Source: Dipteris shenzhenensis
Lineage: Eukaryota
Strand: one strand, 5' to 3'
DNA length: 64,000 bases
Assembly (NCBI GenBank): GCA_047967505.1
Contig: CM106538.1
The notes under the pieces were generated by a model that was given only the letters and a program-made list of their open reading frames with translations, was not told the origin of the DNA and did not search any database. This document shows positions 1 through 11,769 of this stretch, piece by piece. The position numbers and the translations under genes were made by a program. Position 1 is the first letter of the stretch, and every line of letters begins with the position of its first letter.

Positions 1-280
1 CTTGCTGCTCTCTGATTTGTCGCAGTAGTGTCTCCTTGTGCCGACGCATCTCCATCAGATACAGACCTGGTCATGGCAATGGATCAGTCATGACAAAGGG
101 ACGAAGCCACTCCCCTCCAGAGAGAGAGCGGTAGCATCCTCGGATCTCGTAGTAGGCTGGGCAAACACAAAGAAAATGCTTCTCTGTCTCAACCGCCCCA
201 GTGTACATAGCGTGCAGACCCGTTGCTCTCCGAGTATACCTACTGCTCACAGACTCGTTGCTCTCCGAGTATACCTGCTG
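1..280 (-). mobile_element. RTE-X-like LINE ORF2 C-terminal (Cys/His motif) fragment, duplicate of about 880-1137
   Basis: Near-identical to 880-1137; minus strand encodes the CTL...EHFLCVCPAYYEIR-type motif also found in the 10009..11772 ORF. Confidence 0.85.
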
Positions 281-394
281 CTCACTCTCCCGCTAGCCTC
301 TCCCTCTCACTAGTCTCTCCCGCTCAGCCTCTCCCTCCCGCTAGCCTCTCCCTGCTCAGCCTCTCCTCTCCCGTTAGCCCCCCCCCCCCCCCCC

Positions 395-455
<61 letters not shown>

Positions 456-738
456 TGTACTTCGTACCCCGTCCGTACCTCAGTACCTTTGTCGTTTGTA
501 CCCGTGTCAGTAGGCAGCCAGTACTGTACAGTCCTGTCGTCTGTACCTCCCCTCGTCCGTACAGCCCGTCAACAAGCAGCCAATACAGTATCGCCCGTCA
601 GCAGAAGCCGTACCTCTCCATTCGTGCCTCTCCCTCCTTACCTGTTAGAAGCAGCTAACTAACCCTAACCTCGAGTTGGGCTAAACTCCCAACCCAACCC
701 GAGGGTTAGGTTAAGCTAGGGGGTTCAGATAGATAGCC
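281..738 (+). repeat. Duplicated 5' leader of ORF1-only element A (CT-rich tract plus hairpin, no ORF)
   Basis: Matches 1138-1467 joined directly to 1832-1936, without the LINE tail that interrupts the second copy. Confidence 0.85.
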
Positions 739-740
739 GG

Positions 741-1137
741 TTGCTCATCGAGACTGCTCTCACATCGGCTAGCTCCTCCTCCACTCCATTGTGTTCGGGG
801 GATGACTCAAATGTATGGAAGTCTGTGACGCGTCTCTGTGCCCGGTCATCCTCTATGTCCTATGGTGGTTTGGCCATCCCCTGCTGCTCTCTGATTTGCC
901 GCAAAAGCGTCTCCTTGTGCCGACGCATCTCCATCAGATAAAGCCCGATACAGACCTGGTCATGGCAATGGATCAGTCGTGACAAAGGTACGAAGGCACT
1001 CCCCTCCAAAAAGAGAGCGGTAGCGTCCACGGATCTCGTAGTAGGCTGGGCAAACACAAAGAAAGTGCTCCTCTGTCTCAACCGCCCCAGTGTACATAGC
1101 GTGTAGACCCATTGCTCTCTGAGTATACCTGCTGCTC
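741..1137 (-). mobile_element. RTE-X-like LINE ORF2 C-terminal fragment; continues at 2994 beyond element A
   Basis: Homologous to 57283-57610 and 5590-5850; VSSHQLRIEA (about 2997-3030) joins RAAGILREQ (about 1110-1137) once 1138-2993 is removed. Confidence 0.85.
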
Positions 1138-1217
1138 ACTCTCCCGCTAGCCTCTCCCGCTTAGCCTCTCCCTCCCACTAGCCTCTCCCTGCTCAGCCTC
1201 TCCTCTCCCGTTAGCCC

Positions 1218-1276
<59 letters not shown>

Positions 1277-1467
1277 TGTACTCTGTACCTCGTCCGTACT
1301 CCGTACCGCGTCCGTACCTCAGTACCTTCGTCGTTCGTACCCCCGTCAGCAGGCAGCCACTACTGTACAGTCCTGTCGTCCGTACCTCCCCTCGTCCGTA
1401 CAGCCCGTCAGCAAGCAGCCAATACAGTACCGCCCGTCAGGAGAAGTTGTACCTCTCCATTCGTGCC

Positions 1468-1833
1468 GCTCACCTCACCTTTGCCCAGATTTGTACTCTC
1501 ATAGCAGGAGGCAGAGTCGATGGACAGGATTTCCAGTATTATTCTGGTTCTCAGACTCCGTGACACCTGGACTTGTATCTTTGCATTGGCATATTGTGCT
1601 CATCCCCCCCATTTTGCATCCGGGGGCGGTTTCCGTGCATCTAGTTTACTCTGTATTTAGGCTCAGATTTGACATTATGTACTTTCACTTGCATTATATT
1701 GCGTAGCACTTAGATGATATTCGACGATGCCTCTTCTTTGGGGCACGTTGATTTTGTGCTATCTTGTATGCAGAGTTCTTGATGTCCCATGGGCCCATTT
1801 TGGCCTCTAGTGGACAATAATACACTTTCTTTC
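1468..1833 (+). mobile_element. 5'-truncated RTE-X-like LINE 3' end nested in the leader of element A
   Basis: Near-identical to the reverse complement of 9731-10105 and 42008-42370; ends in stem-loop, AATAATA and TTTC. Confidence 0.9.
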
Positions 1834-1939
1834 CTTACCCGTTAGAAGCAGCTAACTAACCCTAACCTCGAGTTGGGCTAAACCCCCAACCCAACCCAGG
1901 GGTTAGGTTAAGCTAGGGGGTTCAGACAGACAGCCAACA

Positions 1940-2804
1940 ATGGACTACTGGCCTACACTCTCCTCCAAGTCCCCCTTAACTTCCTCAACTCCTTCAACAT
2001 GCATCAAGACTCGGTACTCTAGAGTTGTAGCCGTGACACGCTCTCCATATGCACGGAATTACCAACAAGAAGGCTCAAAACGACCCATCCTTGGGCAACA
2101 AGATCATATCATTTATATGCAATAGGTAGTGAGAGAGCTACGATTGGAACTGGCAAAAGTAAAGGCTATACTTCACATTCTGGAAGGGCTTGGTAAGTAG
2201 GCAGTAATTGATGAGGCTGTAAAATCTTGTAAGGATTCCCCCCCTACCCCGCAGCTAGTCTCTACAGTCAAAGATCTTGTTCACATTGAAGTACAAACTG
2301 CTAAGAAGGAAGTGATTGTGGGAAGTGGACACCAAAGCATGTAAGTTAGATATTCAAGCAGAGATTAAAGAACACGAAGCTAGATGTGATAATGCGCTGA
2401 AGATAAGAATAGGGGGACTCCCAGAAGATTGGTACAAAGAGGAGGATACATATAGTGAAATATTGACAAAGATCAAAGCAAGCTTGCCCAACATTGAATG
2501 GGTGGATGATGATGAGCAGGATGATGACAACTCTAGGCCAGCTTCTATTTTGCACTATAAAGGTCATGCTATCCTTACACTGAAGTCGAAAGATATGCGG
2601 ATTAAGTCTCTTTGACAATCTTACAAGTTGAAGGGCACCAAAGTATGGATAGCAAAGGAGCTTATACAAGCTCAACTTAAGATTAAGGCAACTGAATTAG
2701 CTAAAGTCAAGGCTACCAGAAAGGATGGAAAATGGGCAGCTTACCATGAAGGCATAGCACTAATCAGAGAGTTCAAATCAAAACCAAAAGATTCTCAGTC
2801 TTAA
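1940..2804 (+). pseudogene. LINE ORF1-like protein (coiled coil plus RRM/CTD-like region), with stops and a frameshift
   Basis: LEGLGK*AVIDEAVKSCK...PTPQLVSTVKD...NALKIRIGGLPE...QSYKLKGTKVWIAKEL...KWAAYHEGIALIREFKSKPKDSQS*; colinear with 51443-52026 and 59348-60123. Confidence 0.75.
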
Positions 2805-2993
2805 ATTGATGTATGGCTATTTACTCTTCCAGACTATTATGTAGGTATTCTAAATAATGGGGGTGGCTTTTTGCACTCCTTGGGAGCTGCCATGTGTCCT
2901 CCCTAAAGCAGATGTACTAGAGGGTTTCTTGCGGTCCGATCGACCTTTTGGTCTCCAGTGGACGTTAATAGACTTTCTTTCTTTCTTTCTTTC

Positions 2994-4985
2994 TCTCTGC
3001 CTCGATCCTCAGCTGATGGGATGAAACCAGCATCTTACCAATGGTAATCCTCAATGCATGGGAGACTCCTCTGTCCTCGAGATACTGGGGTCTAATGATG
3101 AATCCCTCCTATGATACTCTCAAGAAGTGGTTGCGATAAAACTAGGTCTTGGTGGGGAGCTCCTGGTCCTCCCCCCAAGTCCGGGATGTATGAAGTTGGA
3201 GGAGGTCTAACCGTATGATACGGCTGATCTCATCTCGCGGGATCGACTCAGGAGGCACATCCATGTTGTACTGAAAGGGGGGAAGCCTGTCCATTTGGAT
3301 ACCGTGCCTGGCAACCCATGTGGATATGTGTGCATATCATGTGTTTGCCTCGCTCTCTGCTAGATGAAAGTCACTATTTGAAAGATGGCATCAACCTGTA
3401 GAGATGTCATGGCGAACTCTACCTGTACTATCTCATGTGGGATTGAGGACTTACATTGGATCATCCTGGACCCCATCGTTACCTGTAGCCGCTCGAAGCT
3501 CCTCTAGTCTGTCCTCGGAAGATTGCATCCCCAGAACAGTGCTGCATACATGGCAATCGGTTGCACCAGTGTGTCAAAAAGCCAGCCCTTCGTCGGTGGA
3601 TCCTGGAAGCACTGTCGCTCTAGTCTAGCCAAAGCACCATGCCTTGGTGTGAGCCGTGCCTGGGTTGCATGGGTCATCGTGAAGATGGGTCCTGTGAAGA
3701 CTGCTCCCAAGTATGTGTACGACTGCACTATCTCCACTGGCTCGCCACGATAGGTGAAACTAAGTCGGCGAATCATTGCTCGTGAGGTGTTGAAGATCAT
3801 AACCTTAGTTTTCCCAAGGTTGACTATCATGTCTCTCTCTCTGTGCAAAACACCTCTAATGCCTCAAGATCTCTCTGTAGCCCCTTCGCCGAAGAGGATA
3901 TAAGGACTATATCATCACCATATAACAATATCTGTATGAGGAGATCGCCTAGTAATGAACCCTCGGCCCCTAGGCGATCTATGAAAGATGTGATCTCATC
4001 AATGTAGAGTCCAAAGAGAGTCAGTGAGAGAGGGCAGCCTTGCTTCACCCCAATGGTGCTCTCAATCCAATCCGATAGACCGCCTGGATCACGGACCCTA
4101 CCTTTGACTGACTCATATAGGCTCATTGCACCCCATATCAACGTCTCTAGAATCTGCATCTCTTGTAGTCTCCTGATCATGCGGGATCGTGGGACAGTGT
4201 TGAAAGCCTTTCGAAAGTCTACAAAACATGTGTAGACTTTCTGATGTTTGAACCTCGCCTCCTCAATGACAGGCCTTAGAGTGAAAATGTGGTCTAGAGT
4301 AGAGTGTTGCCTCTTGAATCCTACGTGCCTAGTGCTCGCTGCCCCCGTGCCTCTATATGGTTGCTGATCTCCCTCTCTAGTACCGATCCATAGATCTTGG
4401 CCAAGGTATGGCCAATCATGAGGGTGCGATAGTCCCTGGTGTCCATGAGGTCTCCTACTTTGTGTATCGGTACGATAGTGGTGGTGCTCCATGCTGGTGG
4501 GAAGCCATGACAAACTGCAAGGTTAAACATATGTGCAAGAATCGGTGCTAGAGCCTCCTGTCCATGTGCGAAGTGCTCTGTTTGAAGGCCCTCATGATCT
4601 TGTGCTTTCCGGTTGTGGAGCTGGCAAAGTGCAGCCTACACATTCTGCGTAGTGAATAGATGACAGGTAGCGGGCCTGGGCATAGAGGACATGTCTGGCG
4701 GTGTTTGCCTCGGAACATCATATAGAAAGCATGCATAAGTGTGCCACACTCTTGGATCATTGATGAGAATGGGTGGCTTCCCCTCCGAAAGAAGTCCCCA
4801 TCTAGTGGTCGGGTCTCCCCCGCGAAATGATCTAATGATCTCATCCATCCTGTGTGCGAGGAAGGCTTGTCTCTTGTGGCATGTCAACCTCTGAAAGATC
4901 TTGTGTGCCTCATGTGACATCAATTGATCCAAGGCTCGCTCCCGTGTGAGGTGGGCTGGCATCTCTCCACACTCATCATCAAACT
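2994..4985 (-). mobile_element. Degenerate RTE-X-like LINE ORF2 (RT and downstream region)
   Basis: FVDFRKAFNTVPR, IGVKQGCPLSLTLFGLYID, LLYGDDIVL and VNLGKTKVMIF motifs split by frameshifts. Confidence 0.92.
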
Positions 4986-5037
4986 AGGGGTTTTGAGGCA
5001 TCTTTCCATCTGGTACCCGTGAAGATCGGGTTGTAGG

Positions 5038-8000
5038 AAAAATGTATTAACGTCCCTGGAAGGCCTCGTGGGCCTATGGGACAAGGTACAAAGCACACCA
5101 AAAAGGATGATCTCATACAAGCCCCAGTGGGCTGGAGCAAAGGGCACACTAAGGCCCTTGCCGAGTGCTAAGATTGCTAAACTGATAAACTGAAAAAGTG
5201 AGAAACTGATAACTCTGTAGAGCTCAATAGCTCAAGCAAAATCAAAGTCAGATATAACCCATAGACTAGCACCTATCTAAGAACTGTAGCATGCTGAGAG
5301 CTGAGACTTAGGCTCAGAAGCCAAAGCTCGGTATCATGGTGGCTCATCTGTGAGCTGCGAAAATGTTTCGGATCTACGTCTATTGGGCTTTATCATGCTA
5401 TGGTGGCGGAGGGGGACGTGGTCTCCTTGATCTCTTGGGTGGTCTCCCTTGAGGAAAGCTGTGATAGGATGGACCTCAATAGTGTGCTCTGGTCACTCTT
5501 CGTGCTGCAAGTGGTCTCTGCGTCCCTCTCTCAGCATTTCAGGCTGCCCTCAGTCAGCTATCTCCTCAACCTCCATCCTGATGTGTCCTGAAGCTAGCTC
5601 AAATGTATAGAAGTCTGTGACGTGTTGTGCTCTATCAGCCTGTCTGTCCTACAATTTGATTGCCTCCTGCTGCTAGAATCAATTGTGAGAGTGGACCGAA
5701 GCTCCCCTACTGGTAGAGGCAATGGTATCGTGCCCTGATCTTATAATGGGCTGGGCAGGCACATAGGAAATGCTCCTCTGTCTCAGTCACTCCTAGTGTG
5801 CAAAGCATATATATCCGTTGCTGCTTGGGTATGCATGTTGCTCTCCCTGTCTCGATCCTCAATTGATGAAATGAAACGCGCATCCAGCCAATGGCAATCC
5901 TGAGTGCATGCAAGACTCCTCTGTCTTCTAGATATTGGGTTTTGACGATGAAGCCCTCCTCCGATACTCTCAGGAAGTGGTCGCGGTAGAACTAGGACTT
6001 GGTGGCGAGCTCTTGGCGTCCCCCCCCCCCCCCCCCCGTTCGAGACATATGGAGTTGAAGGAGATCTAAACGTATGATACGGTTGGTCTCATCTCACAAG
6101 ATTGAGTCAGAGGGGGCGTCCATGCTATACTGAAAAGGGGGGAGCGTGTCCATCTGGATACCGTGCTTGGTAAACCATGTGGATATCCGTGCATACCATG
6201 TGTTTACTCCACTCTCTGCTAGTTGTTTGGATGACTCTAAGGCAAGTCTCAGTAATCTCCATTGAGGCAAGTCCCAGACTCTATGGATGAAAGTCATTGT
6301 TTGAAACATGGCGTCAATTTGTAGGGGAGGTATGGCGAACTCTGCTTGTACTATCTCATGTGGAACTGAGGGCTTACTCCGAATTTTTTGGACTCCATAG
6401 TCACCTATAGTCGCTTAAATTTTCTCCACTCGGTCTTCGGTAAGTCACACCCCCAGAAGGGTGCTGCATACATGGTCATCAGTCGCACTAGTGTGTCGAA
6501 GAGCCAGCTCTTCGTTGGTGGGTCTTGAAAGTGTGCCTGGAAGCACTGTCTCTCTAGTCGGGCTAAAGCACCATGTCCTCGTGTGAGTCGTGCGTGAAAA
6601 GGGGTCTTGTGAAGATTGCTCCCAAATATGTGTAGGACTGCACTATCTCCACTGGCTCATCACGGTAGGTGAAGCTGAGTCGATGAGACACTACATGTGA
6701 GGTGTTGAAGACCATAACCTTGGTCTTCCCAAGGTTGACTGTCAAGTCTCTCTCTCTGCAAAACACTTGTGAGGCCTCTAGATGTCTCTGCAGCCCTTCC
6801 GTTGAGGATGATATGAGGACTATGTCATCAACGTATAGCAATATCTGTATCATGAGGTCACCCAATAGTGAACCCTTGCCTCCTAGGTGATCTACAGAAG
6901 ATGTAATCTTATCAATGTAGAGTCCGAAGAGGATCAATGAGAGTGGACAGCCTTGCTTCACTCCCAATCGTGCTCTTGACCTAGTTTGATAGACCGCTTG
7001 GGGTACTTTGCCTCTGATTGGCTCATATAAGCTCACCACACCCCAAATCAGCATCTTTGGGATTTGCATCTCTTGTAGTCTCCTGATCATGCGGGACTGT
7101 GTCAAAGGCCTTCCAAAAGTCTACAAAGCATATGGTGTCTTGATCTCGCCTCCTCAATCATAGCTCTCAGAGTGAATATGTGATCTAAGGAAGAATGTTG
7201 CCTCCGGAATCGTGCCTCTCCTAGTGCCCGTTGCCCGCGAGCCTTTGTATGACTATTGAGCTTCCTCTCTAGAACCGATCCATAGATCTTGGCCAGAGTA
7301 TGACCAGTCATGAGGGTGCGGTAATTCCTAGTCTCCATAGGGTCATCGGCTTTGTGTATCGGTACAATAGTGGTGGTGCTCCAAGTGGGTGGGAAGCCAT
7401 GACAAACGGCTTGGTTGAACATGTACGCTATGACTAGGGCTAAGACCCCTTGCCCATGCACAAATTGCTCAGTCCGTAGACCTTCATGACCTTGTGCTTT
7501 CCGGTTGTGCAGTCGACGGAGTGCAGCCCGCACATTCTGTGTGGAAAACAAGTGACAAGTGGTGGGTCTATAGGCATAGAGGACATGTCCGGTGGTGTAT
7601 GCATCTGGACATCATAGAGGGAACATGCATACATGCGCCAGCCATCTGGGTCAATGATGGGGATAGGTGGCTTCCCCTCCACTAGGAACCCCCACCCAGT
7701 GGTCAGGTCTCCTCCAAAAGATCTGACAATCTCATCCATCCTGTGTGTGAGAAAGACCCACCTCCTGTGGCGTGTCAGTCGTCGAAAAATCCTATGTGCC
7801 TTAGATGACGGGCAGTCCATGACTTGATCATTTATAATGGTCTTCAGAGATGGCAATTGTCTGGAGGACTCACCTGTTTCCCACATGGCAGTGGGTCAAG
7901 TACAGTGGACTACCTACTAGGCCCACTAGCCTTTGTCTCACGGATACACAATTTCATTTGTACTCTCGCCCCCACTCTAAGCCAACCACTCATACTTGGC

Positions 8001-8100
8001 CTTCCATGTCTCTGCTACTATGCCACCCATAGGGAGAGCCCCCATCTGCGCATGTCCAGATCCACTTTGACAATGCCCTCGACCCAGTGTACATGAGTCA
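5038..8100 (-). mobile_element. Degenerate RTE-X-like LINE, from the end of the endonuclease through RT, Cys/His motif and 3' stem-loop
   Basis: GVKQGCPLS, LLYVDDIVL, HQLRIETGR...EEHFLCACP; SSTVDYLLGP piece near 7880-7925; 3' stem-loop at 5052-5083. Confidence 0.9.
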
Positions 8101-8299
8101 CTTAGCCAGAGCACTCCCAACCCTACTCAACGATGACATAGACCTCGCAGGTGCCTCAGACTGGTACAGGACACTACCACCAGATCCTTTCCCATGACCC
8201 AATCCACGTGAGTCCGAGATGGGAAGATGCCTCAAAACCTTGGTTTGATACCGAGTGCAGAGAGGCGAGAACCTAGCTCATACGGGAGTAGACATTAGG

Positions 8300-8845
8300 G
8301 CATCTAAAACTGATACAAGCCACTAAGGGCTGAAGCAGAGGGCTCACTCCTTGCTGAAAACTGAAAACTGAAAGCTAAAGTGTTAAGCTAGTGAACAAAG
8401 TAGTAGAAGTAGCAAAATACTAGGAGAGTATCAGGTGCTTAGAGCTAACGCTCCTAGTACATGCCCAAATTCCATATATCCAGATAACGTAGCGGCTCTC
8501 TAATGAGATGTGAGAAGCTCTCGTATCTGTGTCTATCGATCTGTCTCTTGATGCGCTGGAGGGCATGATCTCCTCAATCTTTGTATTCGAAGGGCTACAT
8601 CAAGGGTGACTCCTCGTCTCTGGCGGTCACATCCGAGGAGGGTTGAGATGGACCGGACCTCGATCGTGCATGGCCCTCTTCGTTCGCATGTGGAGCGCGT
8701 GTCTCTAGCATCATGGTGGAGACTCCCACTACTAGTCCATGATGCTCTCATCTCATCAAGCTCCTCTCCCTCAGTGTCCCAATGCTTGCTCACATGCAAG
8801 GTGAGCTCTCATCTCTTTGCACTGATCGTGCTATGCATACAAACT
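8300..8845 (-). mobile_element. 3' portion (ORF2 tail and 3' UTR) of another RTE-X-like copy
   Basis: CCCTCTGCTTCAGCCCTTAGTGGCTTGTAT matches the 3' UTR motif at 57988-58018 and 5115-5146. Confidence 0.6.
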
Positions 8846-8847
8846 CT

Positions 8848-9725
8848 TTTTGAAACCAGAAGAAGCTAATCATTCAACCTCCTCGAAAAAAGGTTTAGTG
8901 AAGAAGGATGCCTTATCGGCAGTGATACCCATTTTTCCATCCTCTCCATGGGCTCAGATATTTCTATGTACTCACTGATTATGCTATATTTGTCTTGGGT
9001 GTGATGCCCACTTAGGCCCTTCGGTCTTTCGAAGACTTTAATCAACTCTCCACTCAAAGCATGATCACTGAGTTTTTCCAGCTAGAGCGAGAGACACAAA
9101 AACTCGCTAGCAGGTTAAGGCAGATCAAGCTTGGGGACCTTCCCTCCATGTTCATTAGATTGGAGGCACTGCGGACGTGGGTGAGCACTTGTCCAATGCT
9201 GAGCCACAACTAGGACCACACATCCCGCACAACTTCGTACGCCGCCAAGATCCCACTAGGCTTGATCCCCCCGCCAACCTCCAGAGATCATGGTGCTTCC
9301 TTTACTTTGGTGAGTTCATTATTTCTTTGTTTGAGCTAGATCGAACTGAGCTCTTCAATATCCAATCTTTGTACCCTTTAGCTTATGTATCTGTCACACA
9401 CGCACACGCACACGCACACACAGAGGTTCCGCTCTCCACATATGATGGCGGTATTGAACCTATGAATATAATATCTTTTTGAAAATAGAAGAAGCTAATC
9501 ATTCAGCCTTCTCGAAAAAAGGTTTAGTGAAGAAGGATGCCTTGTCAGCACTGATACCCATTTTTCCATCCTCTCCATGGGCTCAGATATTTCTATGTAC
9601 TCATGTTTCTCCGATTATGCTATATTTGTCTTGGGTGTGACCCCGCTTAGAGGCTCCACCCATACAGCGTGTTGTAATAGGTTCTTTCAATCTCATAGAC
9701 CCGTCAATCTTTTGAAGACTTTTGA
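8848..9725 (+). repeat. Two copies (8848-9045 and 9477-9725) of a repeat with a shared core of about 170 bp, probably LINE/SINE 3' ends
   Basis: Direct repeat AGAAGCTAATCATTCA...TTGTCTTGGGTGTGA; both end in degenerate versions of the LINE 3' stem-loop. Confidence 0.65.
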
Positions 9726-9727
9726 AG

Positions 9728-11735
9728 AGAGAAAGTGTATTATTGTCCACTAAAGGCCAAAATGGGCCCATGGGACATCAAGAACTCTGCATACAAGATA
9801 GCACAAAATCAACGTGCCACAAAGAAGAGGCATCGTCGAATATCATCTAAGTGCTACACAATACAATGCAAGTGGAAGTACATAATGTCAAATCTGAGCC
9901 TAAATACAAAGCCTAAATACAAAGTAAACTAGATGCAAGAAAACCGCCCCTGGGTGCAAAATGGGGGGATGAGTACAATATGCCAATGCAAAGATACAAG
10001 TCCAGGTGTCACGGAGTCTGAGAACCAAAATAATATTGGAAATCCTGTCCATCGACTCTGCCTCCTGCTATGAGAGTATAAATCTGAGCAAAGGTGAGGT
10101 GAGCGGCTGGTGGGGCGAGATCTCCATGAGTAAGTCTCCTCCGAAAAGCTGCCATCATCCTGGATCGTTTGGAGATGAAGCGGCGAGTACGTCCCCTATG
10201 TAACAAGATCCTGCGGCGTCTACAAACCATCTCATATATACATCCACAGGGTGGAGGCATGTGTCCTGTGTGAGCTCTGACCTCCTCATGCCCCTCCTGG
10301 TCTCTATCCTCTGGTATAGCGTGTGCCTGAGCTCTATCAGGCTGGGCTCTATCACGCTCCGCTCTGTGCTGATGGTCTCTGAGGTAGTCTCGTCGAAGCA
10401 TAGTGGCCTCCCTGACATAAAGAGCTAGGCAATGCTGATCCTCGTAGTCCATCACTCGTAAGAGAGGTCCAAAGCCATCCGTGAAGAGACAGTGGAATCT
10501 ACCTCTGAGCTCATAATATAGTGGGCATCTGCAAATGAAGTGCTCCTCTGACTCCACCTCTCCCATGGTGCAACAAGGGCAGATCCTGGTCTCTCGGCCT
10601 GGTCGCCGTCCATCCTCCATGCGTCGCATCCTACCAGCCTCTATCTCGAGCTTATGTGAAGAGACTCTAAGCTGGCCAAGGGCAATCCTCAGTGAGTGGG
10701 ACATGTGGATACCTGTATAGCCTGGTGGAATGACAAACCCATCCTCTGAGATCCGAAGGAAGTGGTCACGATATGTGGCCATCTTCGTCGTCGGAAGCTG
10801 CGTGGGATAAATCCAAGTGCGATACGTATGAAGCTGCAGCAAGTCTGCTCTCGTGACCTGGCTAAGCTCATGGCGAGTCAACTCGAGATGAGGGGCATCC
10901 ATGCTGTATTGGAAGGGAGGCAGTCTATCCATGTCTAGTCCAAGAGATGTGAGCCACCTAGTGAGTCTGAAGTACCAACAGTATCGGGCCCCAGATCGTG
11001 CCAACTCCATAGAAGATGCAAGTGCTAACCATGGCAACCGAGCTTTGCCTGCTGCTGAGTCTCCAAACTCCCTAACCCTGTGCAAATACATGACCGACTG
11101 AAACGCTGCATCCAATGCAAGGGGAGTAGCTCCAAACTCTGCTAGCATGATCTCGTGCGGAACTGTAGCCTTGGCCCTAATGAGCCGAGAGAACATGATG
11201 ATCTGTAACCTCTCTACTCGTCTCCAATCTGCAGCGCCGAGGTCTCCTGCCCAGAAAGGAGCTGCATACATCGCAGCTGGTCTCACCAATGTATCAAAAA
11301 GCAAGGATTTCGTATCGGGATGCTGAAAGTGGGACTGAAAACACTGACGCTCAAGATGAGCCAACGAAGCATACCCTTTACTAATCCTATCTCGTGCTGC
11401 ATATGTCATGGTGAAGACCGGTCCCCTGAAAACTGCCCCCAAATAAGTGTACTCTCTAACAAGCTCAATGGGCTGTCCGTCATAAGTGAAGCAAAACTCA
11501 TCCGTGCTGTAAATACGATCAGAGGTTTTGAAAACCATAACCTTGGTCTTGCCAAGGTTTACGGTCGACCCCCTGTCCTGGCAAAACCTGTGGAGTGCCT
11601 CAATATGTGCCTGGAGGCCCTGAGCAGTAGAGGAAATGAGAACCACATCGTCCGCATACAGGAGGATAGGAATGGAGGATCCTGAGAGAGTAGAGCCCAC
11701 ACCGCATACAGGAGGATAGGAATGGAGGATCCTGA
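9728..11735 (-). mobile_element. Young 5'-truncated RTE-X-like LINE
   Basis: Uninterrupted ORF, complete 3' UTR and stem-loop (9744-9777); 5' junction has a 35 bp duplication and (GA)n. Confidence 0.93.
10009..11700 (-). CDS. LINE ORF2 C-terminal half (RT YADD motif, thumb, CxxC...H...C motif), 5'-truncated
   Basis: ILLYADDVVL, VNLGKTKVMVF, YTYLG, GQLRVSSHKLEIEAGR, RICPCC...ESEEHFICRC in one open frame. Confidence 0.88.
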   Translation of the reverse strand: MGSTLSGSSIPILLYADDVVLISSTAQGLQAHIEALHRFCQDRGSTVNLGKTKVMVFKTSDRIYSTDEFCFTYDGQPIELVREYTYLGAVFRGPVFTMTYAARDRISKGYASLAHLERQCFQSHFQHPDTKSLLFDTLVRPAAMYAAPFWAGDLGAADWRRVERLQIIMFSRLIRAKATVPHEIMLAEFGATPLALDAAFQSVMYLHRVREFGDSAAGKARLPWLALASSMELARSGARYCWYFRLTRWLTSLGLDMDRLPPFQYSMDAPHLELTRHELSQVTRADLLQLHTYRTWIYPTQLPTTKMATYRDHFLRISEDGFVIPPGYTGIHMSHSLRIALGQLRVSSHKLEIEAGRMRRMEDGRRPGRETRICPCCTMGEVESEEHFICRCPLYYELRGRFHCLFTDGFGPLLRVMDYEDQHCLALYVREATMLRRDYLRDHQHRAERDRAQPDRAQAHAIPEDRDQEGHEEVRAHTGHMPPPCGCIYEMVCRRRRILLHRGRTRRFISKRSRMMAAFRRRLTHGDLAPPAAHLTFAQIYTLIAGGRVDGQDFQYYFGSQTP

Positions 11736-11769
11736 GAGAGAGAGAGAGAGAGAGAGAGTCTTCAAAAGA

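Larger units (their letters stand above)
1138..2993 (+). mobile_element. ORF1-only non-autonomous retroposon, copy A
   Basis: CT-rich leader, hairpin at about 1857-1925, one degenerate ORF 1940-2804, short 3' UTR, stem-loop 2934-2963, (TTTC)n tail; inserted in a LINE ORF2. Confidence 0.8.

Noticed and set aside
1857-1925. HDV-like ribozyme or telomere remnant in the element A leader
   Set aside because: No room for P2/P3/L3 between the stem arms, and only one or two CCCTAA-like units; kept only as a conserved hairpin.
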